Assembly: GCA_045636045.1 (NCBI GenBank)
Contig: JAZTWT010000008.1
Span: 1-59,435, forward strand
DNA from: Candidatus Enterousia sp.
GTDB lineage: Bacteria; Pseudomonadota; Alphaproteobacteria; Rs-D84
Reading direction: 5' to 3'
Length of the DNA: 59,435 bases
Part shown: piece after piece, positions 26,878 through 36,114 of the stretch
How the letters are laid out: each line of letters starts with the position of its first letter
Numbering within the stretch: position 1 is the stretch's first letter
Made by a program: the position numbers and the translations under genes
The notes under the pieces: generated by a model
What the model saw: the letters and a program-made list of their open reading frames with translations, nothing else
What the model was told of the DNA's origin: nothing
The model's database searches: none

Positions 26878-28530
26878 ATGTTAATTGGTTTAAGTATTTC
26901 TAATATTGTATTAATCGAGAAACTGAATATTGAATTCGGTATGGGGCTTAATATTCTTACAGGCGAAACCGGTGCAGGTAAAAGTATTTTAATGGATTCG
27001 CTGTCTTTAGCGTTAGGGGCACGCTCTGATGTCGGATTAATTAGACATGGTTGCGACAGCGCATCTGTAATTGCAGAATTTGATACAATACCCAACGGCC
27101 TTCGTGAAATCTTGACAGATAATGATATTGATATATCGAATGGATTAATCTTGCGTCGCACACTTTCTGTTGATGGCAAGAGCAGGGCCTGGATAAATGA
27201 CACGCCAGTATCGATAAAATTACTAAAACAGGTTGGCGATACGCTGGTTGAAATTCATGGCCAATTTGCAAACCATGCTTTGCTAGACCAGGCTACGCAT
27301 CGTCCGACATTGGATTTGTTTGCGCAAAATAATATCAATGGATACAATACGTTATTAAAACAAGTTAAAGAAAAATATATACAATATAACGCTGCAAAAA
27401 AACGTCTGGCAGAATTGCAAGATATGTTGACACGCAGCGAAAACGAACGTGAATTTCTGGAACATAATGTCGCAGAACTGCGCGCCTTGAACATTCAACC
27501 TGGCGAAGAAGAAGAATTGGCCTCGCGTCGTGCAAATATGATGAATATGGAAAAGAATGCCGCAATATTAAATGAAGCACAAGAGGCGCTTTCACCACGT
27601 GGCAATTCCATCGAATCCCAGTTATTTACAGTTGCGCATATATTGCAAAGAATTCGTGGCGACGAAAATCCATATTCTGAACAAATAGATAAATTATATA
27701 ATGCCGCCGAAACAGTGGCGGAAATTTCCGCATCATTAACGACCGAAACTGCAGATATGGATGATATGGATGCGGTCGAAGAAAGATTATTCGCAATTCG
27801 CGCCGCTGCACGTAAACATCGCGTATCAGCAGACGAACTGCCCGGTCTGCTTGAAAAAATGTCCACACAGTTAAATGCAATAGACAATTCTGATGCAGAA
27901 CTGCAAAAACTAGCCAGTGCCACAAAACAATATCGCGCAGAATTTGATATTGCGGCCAACGAATTGCAAAACATGCGCACAATCGCTGCAGATATGATGC
28001 GTACACAACTGTTGGCAGAATTGCCTGAATTAAAATTGGGGAACGCAGACTTTCGGGCCGACATTTCTCAAACCGAACCAACTGCGCACGGTACAGATGA
28101 TGTTACTTTTATGATAAGGACAAATCCCGGTTCTCCATTTGCGCCTTTACACCGTGCCGCCTCGGGTGGGGAATTGGCACGCTTAATGCTGGCAATGCGT
28201 GTTGTCTTGGCTGGCGCAGATGATGCGCACGCATTTGTATTTGATGAAATAGACACCGGAATCAGTGGCGCAACCGCATCTGCTGTTGGGGCGCGCCTTA
28301 ACAGATTATCAACCAAATCCCAGGCGTTGGTTATCACTCATTCTGCCCAGGTTGCAGGTTTTGCAGATCGTCATTTCAAGATTTCCAAATCGGTACAAAA
28401 CGAAAAAACAATAACCAGCATTCATGAAATCACATCTGACGAACGTATAAATGAAATTGCACGAATAATCAGTGGCGCAGAAATCACACCTGAATCAATA
28501 ACAATGGCAAAAACATTAATCAAGAATTAA
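26878..28530 (+). CDS. recN: DNA repair protein RecN
   Basis: LTGETGAGKSI, EIHGQ, TNPG, ASGGELAR, FDEIDTG, ITHSAQVA and EIARIISG. Confidence 0.96.
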   Translation: MLIGLSISNIVLIEKLNIEFGMGLNILTGETGAGKSILMDSLSLALGARSDVGLIRHGCDSASVIAEFDTIPNGLREILTDNDIDISNGLILRRTLSVDGKSRAWINDTPVSIKLLKQVGDTLVEIHGQFANHALLDQATHRPTLDLFAQNNINGYNTLLKQVKEKYIQYNAAKKRLAELQDMLTRSENEREFLEHNVAELRALNIQPGEEEELASRRANMMNMEKNAAILNEAQEALSPRGNSIESQLFTVAHILQRIRGDENPYSEQIDKLYNAAETVAEISASLTTETADMDDMDAVEERLFAIRAAARKHRVSADELPGLLEKMSTQLNAIDNSDAELQKLASATKQYRAEFDIAANELQNMRTIAADMMRTQLLAELPELKLGNADFRADISQTEPTAHGTDDVTFMIRTNPGSPFAPLHRAASGGELARLMLAMRVVLAGADDAHAFVFDEIDTGISGATASAVGARLNRLSTKSQALVITHSAQVAGFADRHFKISKSVQNEKTITSIHEITSDERINEIARIISGAEITPESITMAKTLIKN

Positions 28531-28536
28531 AAAAAC

Positions 28537-28559
28537 AAACGCCCAAACGGGCGTTTTTT
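28537..28559. terminator. Bidirectional terminator
   Basis: aaacgccc-aaac-gggcgttt between convergent recN and the GT2 gene. Confidence 0.75.
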
Positions 28560-29448
28560 ATGGATTAATATGTTTTGTGCCAATATTGATTCCAAACAGA
28601 TAATACCTAATCCGTTTAGTTAATATATCTTTTCTGAAGATTGTGCGATTAAACATTTTAAATATTTCTGTTTTATATGGCTCTTCTGGTGCAGACAACA
28701 TATCTACAACATCGTGATCAACCAAGAACTGCCAATATCTGCGCCATGCTGCTTCTGCCTCGGGCTTTGTTGCTGCTTTTTTCAGTTTTTTACGCTGTTT
28801 CCCTAATGCAGTAATCGTGTTTACCACATTATAACGTGCGCCCGGCACGGTTGCCACACTGTCCGCCAAAACAATCGCAGGGCGTGTAAAGATTAAATCT
28901 TGTGCACCAAAAATCGCTGGTTCAAAACGCAGGTTTGTTCTGTCCAAGAATTCCTTTTTATAAACATACCGCCACGCCGGTTTAAATTTATTCGCACGCA
29001 CAGTCAAAATCTTATCAGCCATATGTGTGCAAATTTCAATTTTATCAAACACCGGGAAATTATAGTCCGGCTGATTAACTTCGCCACACAGAATATCTGC
29101 ATCTGTCAAGATTGCAGCATTCATCATTTTTTCGAAATAATCCAGATTCACAAAATCATCATGATCATGAAAATGAATCCATTCCCCATGCGCGGCATCT
29201 AAACCTGTATTAGATGCAACTGACGGTCCTGCATTTTCCTGGCATATAACTTTAATACGTTTATCAGATTCTGCCCATTTTTCACATACGGCCACACTGT
29301 TATCTGTACTGCCATCATCCACAATAATAATTTCCAGATTTTTATATGTCTGGTGTACCAAATGCGTGACGCATTTATCAATAAACTTTTCTGCATTATA
29401 CATCGGTATAATAACAGAAACCAACGGATTTATCAATTTTTCAGACAT
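28558..29448 (-). CDS. Glycosyltransferase family 2
   Basis: VSVIIPMYNAE, EIIIVDDGSTD, NAGPS...N.GL, F-H-D-H-DD (DxD motif). Confidence 0.92.
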   Translation of the reverse strand: MSEKLINPLVSVIIPMYNAEKFIDKCVTHLVHQTYKNLEIIIVDDGSTDNSVAVCEKWAESDKRIKVICQENAGPSVASNTGLDAAHGEWIHFHDHDDFVNLDYFEKMMNAAILTDADILCGEVNQPDYNFPVFDKIEICTHMADKILTVRANKFKPAWRYVYKKEFLDRTNLRFEPAIFGAQDLIFTRPAIVLADSVATVPGARYNVVNTITALGKQRKKLKKAATKPEAEAAWRRYWQFLVDHDVVDMLSAPEEPYKTEIFKMFNRTIFRKDILTKRIRYYLFGINIGTKHINP

Positions 29449-29452
29449 AAAA

Positions 29453-29640
29453 ACTCCTATAATGCCTCAGTATAGGAGTCGGGAAGTTCGATAAGCCAGA
29501 TAACTTTGACCCTGTGACTTTCAAGTGCAGGGAACCCCACACTTTTTTGTATAATCACAGCTTCCCGACATTTATGTCGGGACAGCTAGTCAAAACATTT
29601 TGTTAGTTATCTGGGTTATCGACGCCCAACTGCTAACTGA
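29453..29640 (-). ncRNA. Candidate structured RNA (cis-regulatory leader of the GT2 gene, or an independent sRNA)
   Basis: 17/18-bp stem 29488-29505/29605-29622, an outer imperfect stem, two inner hairpins, and a competing 9-bp anti-SD hairpin. Confidence 0.6.
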
Positions 29641-29698
29641 CAAAGATAATAATAACTGAATTAATTCCCAAACGCAATCATATATTCCTGAAAGTCGC

Positions 29699-29727
29699 TT
29701 GAACGAGATACTGAATTTTGATATAAT
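29699..29727 (+). promoter_or_regulatory. Sigma70-type promoter for amiC (probably leaderless mRNA)
   Basis: TTGAAC-17 nt-TATAAT, with the ATG 7 nt later and no SD. Confidence 0.6.
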
Positions 29728-29734
29728 ACGAAGC

Positions 29735-30901
29735 ATGAAATTCAACAGACGCGATATCTTAAAAATGACTGGCCTGGGCATTGCCGGTGTGTTTATTCTG
29801 CCGCGTATGGCATTTGCTGCACGGAACACATTGCGTTCTATGCGAACCGGGGTTCAACCGGGCGGAAAAACACGTCTGGTAATTGAAACGGCGAACCGTC
29901 CATCATATTCGATATCATATCCAACTGGACAACTGGTTGTTAATTTATCTAATACTGGCGCAAATAATGGTGTATCGGCCACATTGGCATCTGACGGATT
30001 AATTAAATCCATTTCCCAGGTTCAAAGTGGCGACAGTCTGCAAATTGTTGCATCATTAAAGAAATCAATTGCCCAAATACCAAAGTCTGGAATTATGGTT
30101 TTATCGCCAAATGGCGATAATGATTATCGATTGGTGTTGGATTTTGTTGCTGGCACAACTAACACAGCACCTGATTCATATACAACATCATCTGCGGCGA
30201 CAACCACTGCCATAACTGCATCGCGCAAATATATAATTGTAATTGATGCCGGCCACGGCGGCAAAGACCCCGGCTGCATAGGCAAGGGTGGAACACGCGA
30301 GAAAGATGTCGTATTATCTGTCGCACGTAAATTAAAAACTAAGCTGGACGCAAACGGATTTAAAACATATTTAACACGCAGCGACGACAAATATTTAAAA
30401 CTGGGGCAACGCGCTGAAATCGCTGAATCGCGCAAGGCTGACCTGTTTATATCATTGCACGCGAACGCCAATCCCTCGCGCAAGATGAAGGGCTTTTCAA
30501 TCTATACATTGTCTGAAAAAGCATCAGACGAGGAGGCAAAAAAACTGGCCGAGGCTGAAAATGCCGCTGATAAAATCGGGGTAGAGGGGTTCACCGAATT
30601 CGAAGAAAATATCCGTATTGCATTATCTTCGTTACAGCAGCATGCCGTCGCAGAAATGAGCGAAGAATACGCCAACGGTTGCGCAAAATCATTCAAACGC
30701 GCATCTATTGAACAACAGCCTGGACCAGATGTTCGTCATGCGCCATTTGCTGTATTGCGTTCAACAGTGCCTGGCGCATTGCTGGAATTAGGGCATTTAT
30801 CTAACCCTGCCGAAGAAAAATTATTAAAGTCCAGCAGCCATCAGGACAAATTAGTAAACGCCATTGTCCGCTCAATCAAAAATTATAATTTCGAAGTATA
30901 A
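29735..30901 (+). CDS. amiC: N-acetylmuramoyl-L-alanine amidase (Tat-exported; AMIN-like domain plus Amidase_3)
   Basis: Tat signal NRRDILK; IVIDAGHGGKDPG, EKDVVL, DLFISLHAN, FAVLR and LLELGHLSN. Confidence 0.93.
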   Translation: MKFNRRDILKMTGLGIAGVFILPRMAFAARNTLRSMRTGVQPGGKTRLVIETANRPSYSISYPTGQLVVNLSNTGANNGVSATLASDGLIKSISQVQSGDSLQIVASLKKSIAQIPKSGIMVLSPNGDNDYRLVLDFVAGTTNTAPDSYTTSSAATTTAITASRKYIIVIDAGHGGKDPGCIGKGGTREKDVVLSVARKLKTKLDANGFKTYLTRSDDKYLKLGQRAEIAESRKADLFISLHANANPSRKMKGFSIYTLSEKASDEEAKKLAEAENAADKIGVEGFTEFEENIRIALSSLQQHAVAEMSEEYANGCAKSFKRASIEQQPGPDVRHAPFAVLRSTVPGALLELGHLSNPAEEKLLKSSSHQDKLVNAIVRSIKNYNFEV

Positions 30902-31104
30902 ATTTGTTTGATAAATATAAACCTGTTGTCCCGTGATGCTAATCCTAGACAGGGATGTTTAGGTTTTTTATGCGCATTCACGCATATATACCACGATTCC
31001 ATCTATCATCAATCAAAAACATCATCATACCAACACTGCCCAACATTAATTATCATTATTAGCGACTGCGCCGTGGTGAAAAGCACGTACTAGAATGTAA
31101 AATA

Positions 31105-31124
31105 AACCACCCATTCGGGTGGTT
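31105..31124 (-). terminator. Intrinsic terminator
   Basis: aaccaccc-attc-gggtggtt just downstream of the 31133 stop. Confidence 0.6.
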
Positions 31125-31132
31125 GTAAATCA

Positions 31133-32377
31133 TTACCTTGTACCTGTAACATTTATTCTTGGCGTTGGCTGCGTATTCATTTCCTGACTTTCCTTCGTAC
31201 CATACACGCACTCTTTATAGTCTTGAGGCGAAGCCATAGTCCAACATTGATCTGTTAAATTATTCTTAAAATCTCCTTTTAATTTTCCCTTGCCAAATTG
31301 CAAATCATTGTGTGTAAAACCCTGTGCAGGTTTACAATCACCACTCTCAATATCAAAATATTCCCCCAGTTTACTACACACAACGCATGTGCCATCCTTC
31401 GGACTGGGGCCACCACGAACGTCCGACATGCATTCTACGCACTCATTTGTCTTTCCGGCCTCCGGAAATGCCTTGTCAGGATCCTTACAAACATAAATAT
31501 AACAATTTGAGAAATTGTTTTTATGCAATCTGTGCAACTTAATGTCAAAATCACTTTCCGGGAAATTTCCACAGAACACTGGATTTGTCGACTCTAACAT
31601 CGCCTGATTGGCCAGAATACAATTTGTGTTATCTTCATTTGGTTGAAAACCCTGCTTGCAAAGTAATTTTCGTGTATTAGACATCGTTCCAACACGTGTC
31701 ACCCATGATACGACACCATTCCAGCTATCCCAATCACAACCAACCAAAACCGGGGCCGCAATAACACCGTTTTCCAAAAACTGCACAATCCCCAAGATAA
31801 CATTCTGTTCAGCCTTGTCCTTATTGTTTGTTCTATTAAGCCAATAGTATTCATTAAAACCCGTCACATTATTTTCGCGACGAATCAAATCGTCTTCACC
31901 ACTTGTATGTCTATGTACCCCTTTACTGAGCTTTTTTATAACATCTACACCATCAGTGGCATTATCGACATAATACTGCTTTTCACAGTTTGGACCCGAA
32001 TATCCACGTTCACACAACCATGCACACTTATCCGATGAATAGCCCGCCGCTTGATAATATTCAAACCATACAGTTGTGTTTTTTTTCTTGTTGGCACACT
32101 GCAACTGATACGGACAGAAATATCCACCATGTTCATTAATTTGTGTACCAATAACCGCAACAATCGCCCCTTCGTCAGACCAGGTACCTCTACTCCCCTT
32201 TGACAGATCACCATCTACAATAAACTCACCGGCAGACCCAGAAGTCACAATGGTGTTGTTTGGCGTATACCCCCAGGCTTTTTTTATATTAGCCGAGGCA
32301 ATTTGAATCGCGCTTGCAGAATACACAATCCCTGTAAAAGACACAATTGCAGCAAAAAGAAACCTAACTTTTTTCAT
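31133..32377 (-). CDS. Exported Cys-rich hypothetical protein (~414 aa)
   Basis: Signal peptide MKKVRFLFAAIVSFTGIVYSASA, about 20 Cys, EGF-like CERGYSGPNC. It starts just after the upstream stop (alternative start 32386). Confidence 0.82.
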   Translation of the reverse strand: MKKVRFLFAAIVSFTGIVYSASAIQIASANIKKAWGYTPNNTIVTSGSAGEFIVDGDLSKGSRGTWSDEGAIVAVIGTQINEHGGYFCPYQLQCANKKKNTTVWFEYYQAAGYSSDKCAWLCERGYSGPNCEKQYYVDNATDGVDVIKKLSKGVHRHTSGEDDLIRRENNVTGFNEYYWLNRTNNKDKAEQNVILGIVQFLENGVIAAPVLVGCDWDSWNGVVSWVTRVGTMSNTRKLLCKQGFQPNEDNTNCILANQAMLESTNPVFCGNFPESDFDIKLHRLHKNNFSNCYIYVCKDPDKAFPEAGKTNECVECMSDVRGGPSPKDGTCVVCSKLGEYFDIESGDCKPAQGFTHNDLQFGKGKLKGDFKNNLTDQCWTMASPQDYKECVYGTKESQEMNTQPTPRINVTGTR

Positions 32378-32389
32378 ATTCGTCATTCC

Positions 32390-34918
32390 TTAATTCTCGG
32401 GTGCGACATAACAGACACCGTTTTCATAATATCCATTACCCAACAATTGACACTGACGCTGATACCATTCGGCACTGAACTTACATTCATCGGTTGCTGC
32501 ATCATATATTGCCAACGGGACAGAGAGGCTGTTTTCGTCAACATCCGATTTATCTGCAATGACATTTGAATTGTACGCTTCGCACAATACACGTGTTGTA
32601 TTTTCTACGCAACGCCCCCATTCTTCAGCGCCCTTAACAGTACTGCCACTGCCTTTACCATACAGAGCCGTATAAAACGCTGTCAAATCAGCCGTTCCTG
32701 TCCACTTTCCACCATTGTCACTTGCCAAAACATCTGCATCAATCCAGTATCCGTTTAATTCTTCGCACTTTTCAATGAATTTATACTCCAACTGCCAACG
32801 AATCTCATTAATCGCCTGGTCAATCTTATTTTGTGTTGCCAATGCTATTGCGCCATACCCCTGCATTGCTGACTTTAACTGCGCCAAAGTAGCCTCTGCA
32901 GAAAAGTTTGGCTTAGGCGCATTGTTTGTCGGATCTGCGCACACATCAACCGCAAAATTATAAACATTTCTGGTTAAATCAGTTAATCCCCACTGACGGC
33001 AATTCCATGGATATGCTTCCTTGCTGCCATCCGTTGGTGTGCACCACTCTTTTAATTGCGTTTCAATTGCTGTATCACATCCTTCGGCAACACGAACATT
33101 ATCAACCGCATCAACAAACGCCAACAATTCTGTCAGACCGCAACGTCCAGATGAAACATTCCCATTTTCATCAACCAAACGACCGTTTCCATCAAATTTA
33201 CAATTCTGATTATCGCCATATAACGATGCACAAGCCATAACCTTATCTTCACACATTGCTTTGGCCGCATATGCAGAAATCGCCCCTGATGTTTTTGCAG
33301 TTGTATCATCAAACGATTTCAATGCACTTGATTGTTTATCATAACATTCACTCATTGTTTGTACACAAGACATCTTGACTTCTTCAATCTTGGCATCCTG
33401 TGCCTGGGCAATTTCAATCAATGCCATACGTTTAAACTCTGTCCACACGTTATCAGCAATCGTACGACAAGAATCCAATGCACTTTCTGCATACATTTTC
33501 TTAGTTTCCAAGAATTTATCAAAAGCCGGATTTTGCCCCAATAAATCAGTATTACCAGTGGCGCCTTCCAATGTAATAATATTCGTCAATTCAAACAGGC
33601 GTGGAGAATAGACCGCACCCCCAGTTGATGGATTAATGTACGCACCACTGTAATCCAAACAGCGTTTATAATTTGCGCCACACGCCGTTTCCGCAAACAT
33701 AGCCGTCTGAACCTTAGAGATACATTCATTTACATCACGTGAATTATGCGCACGATATTCTTCCAAACGCGCTTCGCGCAATATTTTTTCTGCCTGACGA
33801 ACCGTAGTTAAAACCTGTTCACGTTTTTTATTCAAACTCTTCTCATACATATTACAATCTTGGGTAATCATAATATTATATGCACTGGTCGCCATGTTTA
33901 AAATCGCACTGTTCTCGCACGAATCCTTCATAACCTGAAGACACTGTTTGTTCGACGCGTTATATAAAGCAATCCCCTCCAAATCAGTCATATCAACAGC
34001 TTTTGAATTATCAAACAAGGATTCTCCGCCATCGCCAAAATTACCATTACCACCCCAAATATCACCCATATCTGTTGAAAAATCTAATGAAATAACCCCC
34101 AAAGAACCAGAATTAGCAGTAGTTGTCGCGTTACTGGATACAGCCTTCTTTTTTCCAGACAACAAATCACCAATTTCATTCAAAATGCTTTGTGCACCAC
34201 TGGTATCCTTTTTAATCGCAGCCTCACCAACAGTGGCAGAATACATAGCATCAACTTCTTCGGCTGTTTTATCAACCGCATTCAAGTTATTGTCTTCAAA
34301 CCTCTGCAGCAAAACCTTGGCCTGATCCATCGCCTGTTCCATATCATAAAACTCTGTAAAACGTGCACTACAGAAACAGCGACGATATGTATCATTGGCA
34401 TTTGCACAGAACTGATCCATACATGTTGCATACGCGTCACGACAATCAGAATATCCGCCACCAATTTTTGATATATCACTGAACACAGCAGTCGCACGCG
34501 CCTTGGTCGCAGCACGTGCAAAACCTGATTTAACAGTATTTATCGCACTGCGCGCATTGTTTGTTGCACCACGCCCCGTACCAACCGCACTTCGAGCACC
34601 CGTCGCGCTACGCATTAACGCAGGTGTCCCCTGACGCACATCCAGTGCAGTTCTGGCTGTTTTCTTCTTCTCAGAATCAGCGTTCCTCGACTGAACAACC
34701 ATCGGACGACGCACCGAACTGCGCGATGAATCGGAGACTACACTAGCAGCCTTGCCTCCACCACGCTTTACAACTGCACCATCAGCACGTGCCGGCGCAA
34801 CATTTGCAACCGTCGCACTACGTGGATTTGGTGCCTGATCTGCAGACGCAACATCGGCACATACAACTGCGGCCAACAGGGCCGAAAACTTACAAAAATT
34901 TGCGAATATGTTTCTCAC
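32390..34918 (-). CDS. Exported helical Cys-patterned hypothetical protein (~840 aa)
   Basis: Signal peptide ending ASA, a basic R/S/A-rich linker, then CRDAYATCMDQFC...RRCFCS and coiled-coil segments with spaced Cys. Start is GTG 34918 or ATG 34948. Confidence 0.85.
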   Translation of the reverse strand: MRNIFANFCKFSALLAAVVCADVASADQAPNPRSATVANVAPARADGAVVKRGGGKAASVVSDSSRSSVRRPMVVQSRNADSEKKKTARTALDVRQGTPALMRSATGARSAVGTGRGATNNARSAINTVKSGFARAATKARATAVFSDISKIGGGYSDCRDAYATCMDQFCANANDTYRRCFCSARFTEFYDMEQAMDQAKVLLQRFEDNNLNAVDKTAEEVDAMYSATVGEAAIKKDTSGAQSILNEIGDLLSGKKKAVSSNATTTANSGSLGVISLDFSTDMGDIWGGNGNFGDGGESLFDNSKAVDMTDLEGIALYNASNKQCLQVMKDSCENSAILNMATSAYNIMITQDCNMYEKSLNKKREQVLTTVRQAEKILREARLEEYRAHNSRDVNECISKVQTAMFAETACGANYKRCLDYSGAYINPSTGGAVYSPRLFELTNIITLEGATGNTDLLGQNPAFDKFLETKKMYAESALDSCRTIADNVWTEFKRMALIEIAQAQDAKIEEVKMSCVQTMSECYDKQSSALKSFDDTTAKTSGAISAYAAKAMCEDKVMACASLYGDNQNCKFDGNGRLVDENGNVSSGRCGLTELLAFVDAVDNVRVAEGCDTAIETQLKEWCTPTDGSKEAYPWNCRQWGLTDLTRNVYNFAVDVCADPTNNAPKPNFSAEATLAQLKSAMQGYGAIALATQNKIDQAINEIRWQLEYKFIEKCEELNGYWIDADVLASDNGGKWTGTADLTAFYTALYGKGSGSTVKGAEEWGRCVENTTRVLCEAYNSNVIADKSDVDENSLSVPLAIYDAATDECKFSAEWYQRQCQLLGNGYYENGVCYVAPEN

Positions 34919-34964
34919 TTCAATTCTCTCTTTTTTGCATTCTAACATTTTTTGCTATTTTAAA

Positions 34965-35219
34965 TCAATAGCAAACTATCATATTTTTTATTTTTTTGCA
35001 TATTTCGGCACACCCACCAACATTTCCCAGCTGATTTTCCGCATTACATAACAAGTTAGCCAATTCTTCAAGTTCTTTTATATCTATCTCATTCGAGTTT
35101 CCCAACAATTTTTTCTTTATATTGCGCACCATATCCAGCAAAACATCGTTATCCGCCACGCACTTTTCCAGCGAAATCAAATTCATCAAAGCAACAACTA
35201 AATCTTCATTTTGATTCAT
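34965..35219 (-). CDS. Small hypothetical protein (84 aa)
   Basis: ORF with AAGG upstream, co-oriented between rsmH and the Cys-rich pair; no motif recognised. Confidence 0.55.
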   Translation of the reverse strand: MNQNEDLVVALMNLISLEKCVADNDVLLDMVRNIKKKLLGNSNEIDIKELEELANLLCNAENQLGNVGGCAEICKKIKNMIVCY

Positions 35220-35267
35220 AAAAACGCCTTCCTTATCTTATATGATACAAAAATCATACCCAATGGG

Positions 35268-36113
35268 TCAACACAATTTTATTACCCCACGCATATGCGC
35301 CGAACGGGCACGCGGATTAGCGGTCAACTCTTCTTCTGTTGGCACAACAGGCCTAAGCGCCTCGAATGGCGCATCTGCAACCGTCGGCATACGTGGGTCA
35401 CCCGGCGTGATCGTCCATGCACGAAATGTATTCTTTACAATTCTGTCTTCCAACGAATGAAATGTCACACAAACACATTTACCACCCGGCAACAATAAAT
35501 CAGGCACCACCGCCAATGCGCGTTCTACTTCACCCATTTCATCATTCACAGCAATACGCAGTGCTTGGAACACTGGCGCAATATCCCGGGGGTTATGAAT
35601 CAAGTCACGTAATTCAAAAGTTGTTTTTGGTTTCGCGTCCTTTAAAACGCGCGCCAATACTCCTGCTTTTTTTACATCACCATAATTACGCAAAATATCC
35701 GCCAATTCAGGAACAGATAAACGCACAATCAAATCTGCGGCTGTTTCGCCATCTGATTCCATGCGCATATCCAATGGCGCATCCATACGAAAAGAAAAAC
35801 CACGTTCTGCCACATCAATCTGCATTGATGAAATCCCTAAATCAAAAACGATTGCATCAACAGGAACATCCAATTCAGATATATTTGAAAATGGCTTTGG
35901 GATAAAAGTAAATTGTCCTGGATATTCTTTTTTTAGCATCTCGGCATCCGCAACAACATTAGGATCGCGATCAAACGCGATAACATTCGCACCATGTGTC
36001 AAAAACGCGCGCGAATAACCACCTGCGCCAAAAGTACAGTCAACAACGGTTCGTCCACAAATATCACCCAACGCATCTAAAACCGCATTCAACAAAACAG
36101 GAACATGTTTCAT
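35268..36113 (-). CDS. rsmH: 16S rRNA m4C1402 methyltransferase
   Basis: HVPVLL, DCTFGAGGYS, DLGISSMQID..ERGFSF, FQALRIAVN.E, TFHSLEDRIVK and NPRARSA. Confidence 0.96.
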   Translation of the reverse strand: MKHVPVLLNAVLDALGDICGRTVVDCTFGAGGYSRAFLTHGANVIAFDRDPNVVADAEMLKKEYPGQFTFIPKPFSNISELDVPVDAIVFDLGISSMQIDVAERGFSFRMDAPLDMRMESDGETAADLIVRLSVPELADILRNYGDVKKAGVLARVLKDAKPKTTFELRDLIHNPRDIAPVFQALRIAVNDEMGEVERALAVVPDLLLPGGKCVCVTFHSLEDRIVKNTFRAWTITPGDPRMPTVADAPFEALRPVVPTEEELTANPRARSAHMRGVIKLC

Positions 36114-36114
36114 A

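Noticed and set aside
29478-29510. Cobalamin riboswitch or RNase P fragment (gggaag...agccaga; tggcttatcg)
   Set aside because: The remaining conserved elements of either RNA are absent, and these bases are explained by the local inverted repeat.
30908-31093. 61-aa ORF after amiC
   Set aside because: Weak TTG start, no SD, overlaps a hairpin at ~30919-30966, and the product has no recognisable features.
34965-35219. ftsL, expected downstream of rsmH
   Set aside because: The 84-aa product has no transmembrane helix, so it does not fit FtsL.
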